NCBI RefSeq assembly: GCF_022045235.1 | Contig: NW_027266275.1 | Location: 21,762,001 to 21,826,000 of the forward strand | Length of the DNA: 64,000 nucleotides | Direction of reading: 5' to 3' | Source of the DNA: Haliotis cracherodii | Lineage: Eukaryota | Shown: positions 62,244-64,000 of the stretch, one piece after another | Numbering within the stretch: the first letter of the stretch is position 1 | Layout of the letters: each line of letters opens with the position of its first letter | The notes under the pieces: generated by a model | Told to the model about the DNA's origin: nothing | Databases searched by the model: none | The model's input: only the letters and a program-made list of their open reading frames with translations | Position numbers and translations under genes: made by a program

Positions 62244-63723
62244 TTTTAATCTAGAAAATGCATATACATATTAAATTTTATTGATACACATAACAAACAC
62301 AATAAGCACAATCTGTGACCACCATCTGATTAGAATGACCAAAGAAACAGTATTACTAATTAGATACCGCTTCTCAAAACACTACTCCCACGAAAGAAAT
62401 ATGACACGTCAGTTTACATATCTTAAGATCACGATTGACAGAACAATATAGTTAAATCAGGCTAATTAAGTGCCTGACGACCAAAAGAAAAACAAATCAT
62501 GCACAGATAACTCTCAAACATTATGAATACATTATCACTGGTTAGACGTTGTCAAGTTATTGTTCAGCAGTACGACTTCCCCCACTTGCCTTTACCACGA
62601 CACCGCGATGGAAGCGTTGTTCAAGAAACATGGTGCAAAAATTGTACGAATCAATAGTTGTTACAGGGCTCCGACATCAAAGTAAGCAAACATCTTTTGT
62701 CAGCGGTTGCAGACGCTGGCATTTAAAAGCCCCATTCTGTTCCGTGACATTAGACGCAATAAATGAAAAATAATCGACAAAATAATGATTGTTCTGGTAT
62801 CAAGCGCTCGCTTGCCACCTGTCTCGTGCACGTGCACATCTGTGTTCATTATCTTGCGCTTGGCTCGATCAATGTGCCGCCGCGCGACCCGTCAGATGTT
62901 AGATCACTCCGCAACAATCAATACGCATCACACACTCAATGATTCCTCATCGCTGTACTCCAAAAACGTAGTCCGTTACGCTCGTGCTTGTATCGAGTTT
63001 TCAGAAAATAATATGTCACGTTTGCGGATGTAATTGAGATCTTATTTACTCAGAGATCGATTCCTTAACGGAATTTGAATTATGTTTTGTCATATTAATG
63101 GTATGCGCCAACTAAGGCGAACTTAAGTTATAGTAAGTTTTTTTCTTGGAACATGTATTATGCTGTTTACAAAGAGGAAGCTATGACGTGATTATCTCCC
63201 TTCGGTAAAACCATAACTCCCCACAGCGAATGCTTCCACAAAAACAATTGGAAAAAATTATTGCACTGTGAGAAATTGGCTTTCATGATGTAGCGACACC
63301 TTGTTGCTAAGCAACTGCCAGAAAAGCAATTCTTATAATATCCTTGCGTTTATTTTTTACATTTAAAAAACCCATCTTTATAAGTAATGAAGAATATTAT
63401 CATATTGTGTATTCTTTGTGATTTTTCTGATATGCATTCGCTCGTGCCTCAACCCTGTCCTTGCCGAGAAAAGGGGCCAAACTGAGGATCGCGTGGCCAC
63501 AATGGCTTTTATTAATGGATACTAATTCCCTTTCAGCAGTGAGCTGTTTGATAATGGGCATCACACAGTTGATCATTGGCCCGCTTCACAAAAAGGATCT
63601 CAAAAGCAACGACAGTCGTAAGTCTATATTAACGAATAAGAGAGAAGACGGTTCTTGAGCTTAGATCGTTTCGGGGCAGCTTTCATTATTCTACACCCTG
63701 TATGGGGTATTAATATAATGATC

Positions 63724-63762
<39 letters not shown>

Positions 63763-63836
63763 TTTGTGAATCGGTTCCCTGATGTAATAATCAGCGTACA
63801 TGTACATGTGAACTGACTAATCCAATGTACCTTGTA

Positions 63837-63894
<58 letters not shown>
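63724..63894. repeat. Two (AGT)n microsatellites
   Basis: 63724-63762 and 63838-63894. Confidence 0.95.
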
Positions 63895-63895
<1 letters not shown>

Positions 63896-64000
63896 TACAT
63901 TATGATATCATTATGATATCATTATAGGATGGCCATTATTAATGACGAACTGGACTCGAAAAGGAAGATTTGGTGGCGAAATGGGTTCAGGGTAATTTTC

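Overview
Repeat-rich eukaryotic (animal) genomic DNA with four assembly gaps. The SINE repertoire suggests a mollusc, possibly an abalone-like gastropod (inference). Only one protein-coding gene is supportable: an apparently intronless ATOH8/Net-family bHLH transcription factor on the minus strand (50661-51545), with an upstream TATA box, in an otherwise gene-free ~60 kb landscape containing several enhancer-like blocks. The rest is mostly about 40 copies or fragments of four short retroposon families that share a LINE-type 3' tail. My labels: A = tRNA-Leu-like head + V-domain-like body; B = tRNA-Asp-like head; C = no tRNA head, with a sharply defined, highly structured 5' end; D = tRNA head + Meta-domain-like body. 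Also present are a decayed Tc1 transposon, L2-LINE 3' remnants inside a 1.8-kb tandem duplication, MITEs and many minisatellites. The most intriguing items are the headless family C retroposon (candidate ribozyme-defined 5' end), compensatory base changes pointing to a non-cloverleaf fold in family B, and a duplicated ~135-bp structured unit attached to family C copies. Almost all long ORFs in the track are artefacts of tandem repeats or N gaps. Family assignments rest on recalled motifs, not on a database search.
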